NCBI GenBank assembly: GCA_036172245.1
Contig: JAYWIR010000037.1
Coordinates: 1,984,001-2,048,000, forward strand
From: Raillietiella orientalis
Taxonomy: Eukaryota
DNA length: 64,000 nucleotides
Direction: 5' to 3'
Shown piece by piece: positions 51,401 through 61,568 of this stretch. A program made the translations under genes and the position numbers. How positions within the stretch are numbered: position 1 is the first letter of the stretch; each line of letters opens with the position of its first letter. Under the pieces are notes generated by a model. That model was given only the letters and a program-made list of their open reading frames with translations. It was not told where the DNA came from and did not search any database.

Positions 51401-54400
51401 TGGAACGCAGTGCCATTGAACAAAGTTTTTTCGGCAGTCGAGTCTCTTCGTAGTGAGGAAACTGAATGATCCGCTCTGCAAGGTTTGCCAAGTCCACATA
51501 GAATGATTGGAAGCCACCATTACTTGATCAACGCACAACTTGCATCTTTAGATGGTCGTCAGATATGCAGTTGCGATCCTGTGTTTCGAGTGTGGGTTGT
51601 ATAGCGCATTCAACACGTTGTCCTAAAACGCTCTCCGATGTGCTCCACGCAGATCTTGAGTGGGACTGCTGATTTCGAGCTTGTGCTCATACTCTCTGCC
51701 TCTTCAGCCAATTGGACTCCGAAGCGAAGAGTCCAGGACCGCATCTTAACGCCATCCTAACATGCAGGCATGATCTAACACGGGCTCTACCCATCAGATC
51801 GTCTCGCAGAGTCCTGTTGTCTTTTCGATCAATACAGATAACAGGCACCACGTCAATTGAAAACATCAGGAAAAAAAAGCATCGTAGATTGGTATTAACG
51901 AAAATCCTTCCTCTCCAAACCAGCATTTGTTTATATTAAGGCGGTGTACCTTGTGTGCATTTTTTGGGTGTAAGCATTTACAAACGATTGTTCCCTGGAA
52001 GAAATGTTGAGTTTCTGGTTTTGTATTTTCAAAATGATTTCTATTATTCGAAAAGACTTTATTATTTGAAAATATTTGTCTCAATAATTCTTCAAATTAC
52101 GATCATCGATGCTTATTGATTAGACTTAGACGCTTCTATGTTGACCTCTCTTTTCGTTTACTATCGTTAAAGCAACAGTGCCCAAGGCAGCCTCAAGAAA
52201 TCCGAACCTCATATCCTCCTACACTCTTTCTGAACTTTTCGAAGTTTTCCGATGGTCACATCTTTGTATACCTTTGCATAATGTGATCTGTAAGCATTGG
52301 AAAACTTCGAAAAGTTTAGAAAGACTCGAAAGAGTTTAGGAGGATGTGAAATTTGGATTTGTTGGAACTGTGACCATTGGGAAATTTCAAGAAGAGTTCA
52401 CAATTTTGAGGGAAATTTAGATTCTCGAGAAGGGTTTGGAATTCCGGAAGAAATCAGTGTGTCGCGGTAGTCACACACTAATTCTTTGAGGGATTCTTTC
52501 GCTTGACGCGGTGGCAATCCACCTTCACTAGGTGTAGCTCGAAACATCTTTGGAATCTGAATGATTATTCATCAAGCAAATGATGAGTCCTGCTTTTTCT
52601 CGTGCTCTAATAGGAAATCAAAATCTTTGCGCTGTCTAATTTTCGGATCATTCCAAAGCATCCAGGAATGGCTTTGGAAGATACCGTGCGAAAGCATCTG
52701 TGACAAACCATTCTCAGATGCCTTTCATGCAAAGAGATCCTGGAACACGGTGACTGCATGAGAAGACCATCCATCTGCAATAAGCATGGGTTGAGTGTAT
52801 ACGGCAGTGTGCTTAATCTTACGTATAGTTCATTCATGTGAGATGTCTTTGCAAGGTTCGGCTAAGTATTTAGAGTATTTAGCATCAGGTAGGGTACAGA
52901 TGATTGGAATGTAGCTTTCTAAATATTCAGTTGAACCTATTCTACTTCTAAGATTGATCTCCACTTCTGCTGAGCTCTCGTTTCTTCGTCTTCCGTTCAG
53001 ATCCAGATAGCTTTCGTAAGAGTCATCTGTTACGCACTCTGTTTGCATTCTGAAAAGATTAGTGTAGTGACGATTAGACGCGTTGCACTTCTAATCCATG
53101 AACCTCGGCAAAAAGTGTAGCATTGACACCAATGCTGAACACACTGCTAAAATTTGACTCGTGGACTTCTCGATCGATTCGAAGGCCGTGGTGCTCTGTT
53201 TATCAAGATTTACTCGAATCATTCAGGTGCGATTGATGATCACCACAGGCGTCAAGTGGCAAACTGATGTTTCCAGAATCGGTTCCCATGGTTCCAGCTG
53301 GCGAATCTTGATTCCAAGATGTCTTATGTGAAGAAAAACGAGATGGTTTATCAAATAAGTTCGTCTTGACATGAATTTGATTTCTGTTTCTGTGGTTTTC
53401 TCTTGTCGCATACCGTTGATAAGACCTACTTCCAGTTGGTCAGATACAGCTCATCGATCACGCCTGATCACATCTTGGAACTGAAATTGGAATTTATGGA
53501 TGCTAGGATTCAAGGCACTTCCTATTTGTCATTCTGACAATCGAAAGGAAAATGAGATTTAAGAAAATGGACACCAAGAAACGAACCCACGAACATCTCA
53601 TTGACTCCCATAACAAGGAGCACCTGAGTGTCCCAGAAAGTGCGGAGGCACTTTAATGCTACAAGGAAAGCAAAATCTCAGTAAGAGGAACTGAACTTTC
53701 TTAATGAAGAGGACTAGTACCTGACTGAACGGTAATCTTCCTTACAGCAGGCCAGAAAATAAGAAGGAATGAATTAAATACAAAGCACCCTGGTATTCCG
53801 TGACCACGTTTAGACGAAAACAACATCCGATTTTTTCATTGAAAGAAAGCACTGATGTACGACCTGGAACTCGTATTGACTGATGCAGGAGAATGAGAAA
53901 TAAAATGAAAAATCAACTGGATTTGCGATTAAAGGGCCGATTTCTGAATCAATAAGTACGACCAAATGGGCACCTTCAAACTACATTTTAGCCGTTAGGA
54001 CACCCTTTTCATTTCTAATAACAAGGAATTAAATCTCCCTGTGCCAATTTCCTCAGAAGAGTAAAGAGGCAAAGTGCTGCTAAGCAAAACTCCCTGAGAA
54101 GCAGGACGTAACCACACCTTCCATTTTACTGAAATTTCGTTTTCAAGATGCATCTGCAGCGGAAAAAAGATGCTCTATTTTCAGTGACAAAGGGAATCGA
54201 AGACAGCCGAAGACGTGAAGAAGAAAAAGCTAAAGGAAATGGAAACGTTTCCGGAGATGTTGAACTTTTCACTGAATCAGCAATACACAACTGTTTAATT
54301 TGGCTTTGGCATCGCGGTATCGCGATGAGCCAAGAGCGTGCAGGGGCGTTATTCCTTTGCGCTGTTAACTCTCGAAGACACTTTTCGAACTTCCATCCGA

Positions 54401-57400
54401 AATCCATAATGAGCAAGGAATTTTCTTTCTTATTTCTCATGCAGAAGCAGGAAACACATACTTATGTGAAATGCACACCTACCTTTGCCTAATCAAATAC
54501 TTGGGGACGAAAGAACGGGTTCTTCAAGTGGTTGGATACTCTCTTACTGTGGCCATGTGGCTGCACGGCTTCCATTTCCATCTAACATGGTTGTTAGGCG
54601 GAAATGGAAGTCTGGCATACCGGTTCCTGCTCGCGTTCCTTTTTTGGCCATGAACAGTAGATCCCTACTAGCACTGTGGATGTATTCTTGGTGTGGTGAT
54701 TGTCACAACAAGAATCACAAAGCTAATCAGCGTACACCATCCTCCAATATTGGTCTTGGCCAAGACAGTGTCAGCGTTCGCTCCTTGAAATATGATAGTG
54801 ACAGTAATGAACTGTGAGTGCCGTTATGAATGCTGTGTTGAAGCTTACGAATTGCTTATGACTTAGTAGTGACGTATATCTGAAATTAGGATTCACAAAT
54901 CGAGACGTACCAAAAAATGTGGAAGTTCATGAGCAGCAGAAAGGAATCTGTCATGGTGTCGAGTTTGGAGGAGGGAATAAACAAGGTACTCCAAGGAAAT
55001 TATGCCTTCCTGATGGAATCAACGACACTGGAGTATACGCTTTACAAGAACTGCAATTTGACCCAAATAGGTGGACTGTTGGATTCAAAGGGTTTCGGCA
55101 TAGTAACGCAAGCAGGTGAGAAGTTCATGCTTCATTCATAACTGATTCAGCTCTTTGGCAATTTCAACAGGTTTTCGGTTCTCTTTAAAGTTTTCAAGAA
55201 GAAATTTTTCAGTATTTCTTCTTAAAGAGGAAATGCGATAATCGAGATGAAACGTGAAGCCTTGAATATGATTTATTTTTGCCCATAACAGATCACTTGC
55301 ATTTTTTGTTGTCTTTTTTCTTCTTTTCCTAGGTAAAACAAGTGCAAAGTTTGCACGAATCCGTCCTGGTCCTTATTGTTTCGTTAGTTCTTCATGTTTC
55401 TCATCTTCTCTTTGTCTTGCTGATTCTTCCCCGTCATTACTTTATTTGCTTTCTTTGCACCGTTTCCTTCATTGCTGACGCTGTCCAGCCCGATGGTCCT
55501 GTCTATAATTTATTTCGCTGCAGCTGGTATTGACAGTTTCCTTATTTCTTCTCCCAAGACCAGACTCTCCCATTTTTGCTCCGCTGCATTCCAGATTTGT
55601 TTGATATGCAGCACGGTCACCATGATCCGCGAGTGTTGCTTTACAGTCTTGCCTCCGGCTCCGCTCTCCGGTTCCGTGCACAAATTCTGCCATACAGGAT
55701 ACGAATCTAGCGGGACTTCGGCCCTGTTGCCCTCTTCCAGTCTCAGCTGCCAGCCCTGGAGGCTGCTGGCATTCACCTCGATAGCAATGATTCAATCTCA
55801 TCACCAGAGTATTTTGCTTCTCGATGTCCCTTCCTTCCAGAACCCTTTCTAGCTGCATAACTCAGATAGAGACGGTTGGTCAGTAAGATAGCCAAAGTGC
55901 ACTTTCACGCTCGTTAAGCACAGCCCACGGGACAGGGTTGAAACCCGCGCAACGCGTGTCATTCTGGATGCAGTGTTCCCAAGAAGGAATCGGCGCCTTT
56001 AAGAAACGTCTATTCTTGCTCTATAGTTTTGTCCTTCTGCAGTTCGGAACAGCTTCTCTGAAGAGGAAAAAAAAAATTCTGCACCGTCCTTTCTTCCAGA
56101 TTCCCCATGGAGGGATAAGATCTCCCTAGCCATCCTCGATCTTCGTGAGAAAGGAGTCATCCTGATGCTGTACAATAAGTGGTGGAAGAACAGTGGCTCC
56201 ACCTGCAACAGAGACGAGAAAAACAAGGAATCTAAGGCAAACTCATTAGGGACACAGAACATAGGTGAGATCTTCTCTGTGGTGTGGAAGGTGCGATGAC
56301 CATGAGGCGATAGTTTCCCACCAAAGGTGCTATTCAACCATGGGGAAAAAATGGGGTGCCCAATGGCTTTTTCGTGATGCAGAGTCTTTTGACGAGTGCG
56401 CAGCAGTGTCCTTCAATATGTTTATCCGGAAAATAAACACTGCACTGCCGAGTAGGGTCTTACATCACTTCTTCCTGAGAGGACCCTTGCGATGGAATCG
56501 GTTAGAGCGCGATCATTCTGGTATTTTTATGCATGAAGGAGTTCTGGATCTGCTACCATATTTACTGTTTGTTTCCCTGTTATCATTTCTGGCTTTCGTG
56601 CCTTTGATGAAGACATTGAGAGAGCAAGGACGAGATGAAGGAACTTGAGAAAGGAACGGAGATCTCTGCTTTGATAGGAAAAATTCCTGAATTCCTAAAT
56701 GGATACTGGATGATGAGGATGATGCTTTTGTGATCAATTCCAATGAGGAAAAACCATCTCGAATTCTTAGCATTAAATCACGCAATGAATTTCAGTTGTT
56801 GTTTTCAAGACGAAACACGTGCTTTCACAAGGGCTGAAATCGTGGGTGCTCGTGAGGAAAGGAAATCATCGCGGAAGAAGCAAAGGAAATTCTCAAAAGT
56901 TACAGTATTGCATCAGATTCGTCAGGATGTGATTTCGAACTGGTGACCCGAAGCCGGAGTCTGTTTGCAGTGGCGAATTCGAAACATGACCGCTGATTTG
57001 CCTGAAGGCACGCAACTACCACCAATACGTTTAGAATTTATGATTCTTTTCTTTTGAGCAATGTCCAAAGTTAAACAAAGATACCACGCGACCATAAGTT
57101 CGAAAATACTCAACTCTGTCAGTGAAATGAAAACGTAGGTGCCGTTAGAACGTCATCCTAGTACCACTATTGCACACAGAAAATGAAAATGATCCCAATA
57201 GCGCTGCATCCCACTTCTATTTGATCCAAATGCAACATATCTTGTCACTCTAAATCTTGATTGCATGTCTGATGAAGAACTGATTTTTTTCAATGCAGCA
57301 TCGAGGTAAAAGACCAACGCGAAAACCCAAAACCCATGGGCTGTGAAAAAAGCAAGCCATTAGACATGGGCCGCGCTACCAAAAAGTCTCAACGTTTCTG

Positions 57401-60400
57401 GCACTACCGAAATATGGGACGGCTTTCTAGGAAAATCCCAGCGCTTGAGAATGTGGACTACCAGCTGTATAACTCTCTAGGATAAACATAACTCTGAATA
57501 ATAATAATGATGAAAAAAAACCGTCTCCATCCATGTTGCATTTTGAAAAAGAATGGAATGACTCGGGGACCTCAAATAGCGGCTAAGAAAAGGCCAAGCA
57601 CAGAGACCTCGAAAACTTCGAAACCGAATCGGTACCGCAATGATGAAAAGTAAAATGGAAAGGTTACCTGTCCGCTAGAAGCACTCCCAGAACACAACTG
57701 GAATCAAAACCAAGTAGCAGCTCCGAGTTCGGGACTCTAAAGCTCTAAACATGAGAAACACAGTACTTGAGACACGACTTCAGGAGACTCAAGAACGAGA
57801 ACCATGGTGTTCTCACCATCCATGGTCTTTTCGCGGTGTGTGCGTGTTCGCGAAATAGGGCTTGTTTTGCTCTCCGAGCGAAGATCCCTTTGAAGATCGG
57901 CGTCATGACTTTCTCACATCCCAAAATTCTTAAGGAACTCTCAGCATCCTTTGTTTTCAGAAGATTCCTTACTGATTTCAGCTCGTGCGTTTGGATGCCT
58001 AAGCTTTAGAAGTTCGCTTTCTAAGCATGGAGCGAACGATTAGGGAGTACTAGAGTCTATTCAGCGTGGGAATTTTGCATGCCCTCCCTCAAGAATGTAT
58101 GAGCAACAGGAATCCCTGTGGGCTAGGACTACGGATACTTCAAACAGGAACTTGGGCGATTTTTCTCCCTTCAAAATCATGAAGACTGCAATCCTATTTA
58201 AGGTAGTTGCTTCCCCATGTCTAGGTCTCCCCCATAAGAGGGAAGGCAGGTCTTTCCAAGGTGGAATTTCTCCTTCTTTCGAGGTGAGGCATTCAATCCG
58301 TTCCAGAGTGACTTTCACTTATCGGATGTTTTCCTGCCGACTTGCTCGCTCAGTGGGGCTCTTTCATGGCAGGCGAAAAGCCGATGCCACCGCAAAGTGG
58401 GCTAAGAGAAGCCCCCGCTGGACTCCTGACAAAGTTCGATCTGTAGCCGCCAGACAAGCATAGGAGAGCTTGCTGCTTTCATGTGATCTGATCGGAGTGC
58501 CTCGATGCTCTTCCCCGTTCATGAAAAATGGATTCTGTTCACAGTTCGAATTTTCAGTGCTCCTATCTTTCATACCTCTGGTGTCCGGTTGTACGAGCAG
58601 TCGTGTTAAACTTCGCAGTGGTCATTTACCTCCTGGGAATGCCTTTGGAAATTGTTCCTGGAAGATCCGTTGCGACCCTCAATTTGCAGATGTGCTGTCC
58701 ATGAAGCCCCTGGAAGTCATCGTTGCGCTTAGCAGCGAAAGTGTGCAAATTCATTATTCCATCGTGCCATCTTATCGAAAACATCATTTTTTTTCATCTG
58801 AAGATGACTCCTCCTTACGAGAAACACAATTAGGATAGGTTCCTCCCTAGTATTACTTTCCTCCATTGCTATCATTCTCTCCGAAAGAATCTTCCTTCAA
58901 AGTGGAAGGAGAGAGGAGGGGTCGGGGTAGCTGAGTCAAATGAGCAGGAAGCTGCAGGGCTTATCAGTTTGTAACGAAAAAAGAAAACTCGCCTGTAACG
59001 TGTGTGGCATCTGTCTGTGATTCTTCCGTGATCTACCATCCAATTCCGAATTCTTTGTTTCTTTCTACGAAGGTGGCGTCTTTGTTGTGCTTCTGTGTGG
59101 ACTGGCGGTGGCCATTTTCACGGCACTTCTCGAGTTCTGCTGGCACGCCAAGATCCAAGCCCGTCTGAACAAGGTAATCCATCTTTTGGGGGTCTTGTCT
59201 CGCGCTGCATCTGTTGTCTGCGCGAGTGGATTCGCTTATGCTACCCCATGAACGAAAGAGCCAACCTTCGAGATCTTGGAGCGGAAACGGCGGACCGTTT
59301 TCATCTGCGGCTTTCATCCATTGAGCCTGGAATGCGTCGCTTCTCGGAAACTTGGCTCGCTTCGATTTTCAAGTGTCCCATTTTTTTCCCCCGTGACCAG
59401 TCTTTTGGGATCACCTTCGATACGGCGCCATTTCCCTTGCTTGAGAGAACTAAGGACTGACTAATCGGATATACCACAGGCCAGGCATCCACCACCGGCT
59501 CCTTTGGCAAGCGTCCGACAAACTTTCCGAGATCAAGAAGAACGCAGCTAAGACAACAAAGAAAACTGCTCTTTTCCTATCCTCCAAAGGGGAGTTTCTC
59601 TCCATCATGACTCCCGACAGTTTCCAGTGAGTTTTAGTTTAGAAAGCGTGGCATATCTTTGGGGCAGCCCCCAAGGAGATGGAAAGAAATTGAAATCCCA
59701 CATGAACATGGATGGATGGATAGGAGCGACGGACGGCCTGTTTCCACGGAACACTCGAGAAACGTTCGATAAGATCTTTGTTCGCAAAACTCGGCTTCCT
59801 CTGTCACCAGAAGCCAAGTGGACACCAGGAATTTTCGGAAATCCACCGTGAGAGTCTGTCACCATCTGCACGCTGATCCAGATCGTCTTCGCGCAAAGGA
59901 GAGGGGTACAGGTTTCTGCAAGATATGTGGAAACTCAGGAACCCAATTAAGAGGCTGCCTCTAGAGGCCTTCGGGCTTGCTGTAAATCCCGAAGGTTCTG
60001 GAACTACATGACTGAACCATGAAGAATTTCTTCATTTTCGCTGATTTCTCCAGAATATTCTTCGTGTGTTGATTCTTTTTTTTTTTTTTTTTGCATTTCG
60101 AAAATCTTCGGGATTATGCAATCGGGAACCTCGCCTCCTGCCTTTCTCCCCAGATTGCTTCCTTAAACCCTCATCCTGCGAAAAGTGTGCATCTGCCGAT
60201 TCTTATCGCCTTCCCGAAAATCCTTGAGTACCATCTCGCACCGTCATCTTCAGGAACGCACAAATTGCTCGCTTCGTCTTTCAGATCTTTGTCTCTTGAG
60301 GACCGCCTCCGATTGGTTGTTTCCGTGACGGACGACGCACCAGACGAGAAAACGAAATCTTCAGCTTAGTATTCCTTCGGAAGGCCTCTCATAGATGGCA

Positions 60401-61568
60401 GAAGGAGCAAACACTTCGTCGTATCGCCCTCATCGAAATCCTACCAGAGATCGGACATTTTTGTCCCACTGTCACAAGTTTCACAGGAAACAGATTTTTC
60501 ACGCACACGTCGATTTCCTGCGCAGAAACGAAAAGGAAAGGAGCGAAGAGGAAGTGACGGGCATTCGGTCCGCAGTCGCAGTTTCAACCCACCTGACAAA
60601 GGTGCAGACCACCGTTCCAGCCCCCAATGCACAAGGCTGTTTGCCTTCTCCCTCAAAGCAACAAGAGAGAAAGATAAGAAGCTCTGTTTTCACATTCTTC
60701 TGATGGCGTTGGAAAGGCGCGTTTTGGAGGCTTCCATGCGGAGGAAGAACCGCATCTGGAAGCACCGGCGTTCATTTCTTCCGCCCGATCCCTTCAGGAG
60801 CTGCTCGTTCCTCGGGGCAATCCGAGATGGGGAGCAGAAAAATCGGGAAATTCAAGCAGGGGGAGAGGAGGAATCGGAATGAACTCGGAAAAACGGAAAG
60901 TCCTGATAAATTGCCAGAAAATGGTAATCGGGCGACCAAGGGGATTCTTCGTATCGTTGGCTCTCCTGATCTCACGGTGATCGAAGTCGGTGATCCATTC
61001 CCAGTTTTCGTTTCGCTTGTCGCACTCCGCACTGCCGATGGATGCTTCTTCCTTCGAGGGTGAAGGAGCATTCGCTCGACGAGCCTGTAGAGAAAAAAAC
61101 TTCCTCTTCCGAAAGCAGAGCGCAAGGTAGAATCCCTCAGGAAGAGAAAAGAGCTTGAGAGAGTGGAGGTGGACGGGAAATAAGCATAAGCAAAAGAGTC
61201 CCAATAGAAAATCGCACTGCATTTTTAAGCGCAATTCTCCAAAGAAAATTTCTAGAATTTTTTTTTTTTTGTTTCGATAGGCGTACGAATGATTGGCGCG
61301 CCCGCTGATTGGTCGTTTAGGATTTCTGGCATTTGCACTACACTAATTTTTTCCTTCTCTTGTTTTCTAGAGTTCCTGGTGTAAAGAGATGTCGGAAGGA
61401 TTCCACTTGATTTTCAGCTGCAAAAAAAACAAAGTGGAATCTTTTCCCAGAGAACGCTATCCTGCCTTCGTTTCCGGGAACACCTACCTGCCGTCCCCTC
61501 CCGAGCTGTCAACTTCCAATGGAGTAAGATGCTTGGCAGCATGCTGGAACCTCCGTTCTTTTGCATGA
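28774..61568 (+). CDS. Ionotropic glutamate receptor, kainate class (GRIK2-like), complete 16-exon model, about 898 aa
   Basis: Manual join: 28774-28858, 30293-30454, 34778-35026, 35127-35302, 35736-35789, 36197-36349, 38265-38423, 38477-38680, 41351-41554, 45783-45887, 47014-47271, 47406-47603, 54890-55115, 56100-56264, 59073-59173, 61371-61568 = 2697 nt with consistent phases. Motifs: [81 protein letters not shown]. Confidence 0.93.
30293..30454 (+). CDS. iGluR (+) exon 2: ATD ([34 protein letters not shown]...DSFRCYKK)
   Basis: ttttcAG acceptor, GTAAAA donor, 162 nt; typical kainate ATD N-terminus; absent from the ORF track. Confidence 0.93.
33125..33948 (+). mobile_element. 5'-truncated RLE-type non-LTR retrotransposon remnant (NeSL/Utopia-like) in intron 2
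   Basis: [11 protein letters not shown] / [13 protein letters not shown], knuckle remnant [17 protein letters not shown] (catalytic D lost), [15 protein letters not shown]; frameshifted; 3' UTR ends in AATAAAAAA. Confidence 0.8.
34778..35026 (+). CDS. iGluR (+) exon 3: ATD ([15 protein letters not shown]...SIPHLE...FSINLHPS...[12 protein letters not shown])
   Basis: tttttAG / GTGAAT; lies within ORF 34711-35076. Confidence 0.93.
35127..35302 (+). CDS. iGluR (+) exon 4: ATD ([12 protein letters not shown]...[19 protein letters not shown])
   Basis: ttatAG / GTGAGT; lies within ORF 35054-35422. Confidence 0.9.
35736..35789 (+). CDS. iGluR (+) exon 5: 54-nt exon [18 protein letters not shown]
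   Basis: ttttAG / GTAAGT, phase 0-0; conserved kainate ATD motif. Confidence 0.9.
36197..36349 (+). CDS. iGluR (+) exon 6: ATD ([22 protein letters not shown]...)
   Basis: ttgtAG / GTTAGT; conserved [14 protein letters not shown] motif. Confidence 0.92.
38265..38423 (+). CDS. iGluR (+) exon 7: ATD ([17 protein letters not shown]...[20 protein letters not shown])
   Basis: tttcAG / GTAAGA; ALMYDSV and C-x-W-x-G motifs. Confidence 0.92.
38477..38680 (+). CDS. iGluR (+) exon 8: ATD end and S1 start ([23 protein letters not shown]...[10 protein letters not shown])
   Basis: tgcAG / GTGAGA; lies within ORF 38384-38740. Confidence 0.92.
41351..41554 (+). CDS. iGluR (+) exon 9: S1 (EEPYVM...[11 protein letters not shown]...DGKYG...[11 protein letters not shown]), ends at a GC donor
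   Basis: cccAG acceptor; the only nearby in-frame donor is GCAAGT at 41555. Confidence 0.92.
42845..43005. repeat. AT-rich imperfect inverted repeat (MITE-like remnant)
   Basis: ttttccattagttgatc (42867-42883) versus gatcaactgatggaaaa (42959-42975), with weaker flanking match. Confidence 0.55.
45783..45887 (+). CDS. iGluR (+) exon 10: S1 ([35 protein letters not shown])
   Basis: Long pyrimidine tract plus tgtAG / GTAATG; contains the glutamate-binding Thr and Arg. Confidence 0.95.
47014..47271 (+). CDS. iGluR (+) exon 11: M1 and M2 pore loop (LFSFLNPLA...ARFSPYEW...[20 protein letters not shown])
   Basis: ttccAG / GTAACG; lies within ORF 47005-47607. Confidence 0.95.
47406..47603 (+). CDS. 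iGluR (+) exon 12: M3 and S2 start ([32 protein letters not shown]...GGSSMAFFR)
   Basis: cccAG / GTGAGT; invariant SYTANLAAF gating motif. Confidence 0.96.
49489..50185 (+). mobile_element. tRNA-headed SINE-like repeat, copy E (intron 12 of the + iGluR)
   Basis: gcgcagcggtctcctcgcgtggtaccaagcgttgcgggttcgtatccccac; same body and tail. Confidence 0.8.
50900..51560 (-). mobile_element. Possible decayed LINE reverse transcriptase fragment
   Basis: [14 protein letters not shown] resembles RT motif GVPQGxxLSPxLFN; GFYGTE resembles LLYGxE; frameshifted. Confidence 0.3.
52198..52360. repeat. Imperfect inverted repeat with ~57-65 bp arms (MITE-like hairpin)
   Basis: 18-bp perfect core aacttttcgaagttttcc (52233-52250) / ggaaaacttcgaaaagtt (52299-52316), extending outward with mismatches. 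Confidence 0.75.
54890..55115 (+). CDS. iGluR (+) exon 13: S2 ([14 protein letters not shown]...[12 protein letters not shown]...[19 protein letters not shown])
   Basis: attAG / GTGAGA; overlaps ORF 54917-55141. Confidence 0.95.
56100..56264 (+). CDS. iGluR (+) exon 14: S2 end ([29 protein letters not shown]...[10 protein letters not shown])
   Basis: ttccAG / GTGAGA, phase 1-1; not in the ORF track in this frame. Confidence 0.94.
59073..59173 (+). CDS. iGluR (+) exon 15: M4 ([27 protein letters not shown])
   Basis: Pyrimidine tract plus aAG acceptor / GTAATC; canonical M4 helix. Confidence 0.93.
61371..61568 (+). CDS. iGluR (+) exon 16: C-terminal tail ([17 protein letters not shown]...[14 protein letters not shown]...stop)
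   Basis: Branch-like cactaat, strong pyrimidine tract, ctAG; resembles the SxCxEM post-M4 motif. 3' end uncertain: in-frame donor GTAAGA at 61524 versus TGA at 61566-61568. Confidence 0.75.
   Translation, partial: SSWCKEMSEGFHLIFSCKKNKVESFPRERYPAFVSGNTYLPSPPELSTSNGVRCLAACWNLRSFA

Noticed and set aside
55310..55480. Strong acceptor-like site (tttcctAG at about 55332) as a flip/flop-type alternative to exon 14
   Set aside because: The downstream frame has no similarity to the S2 end and terminates; no duplicated exon seen
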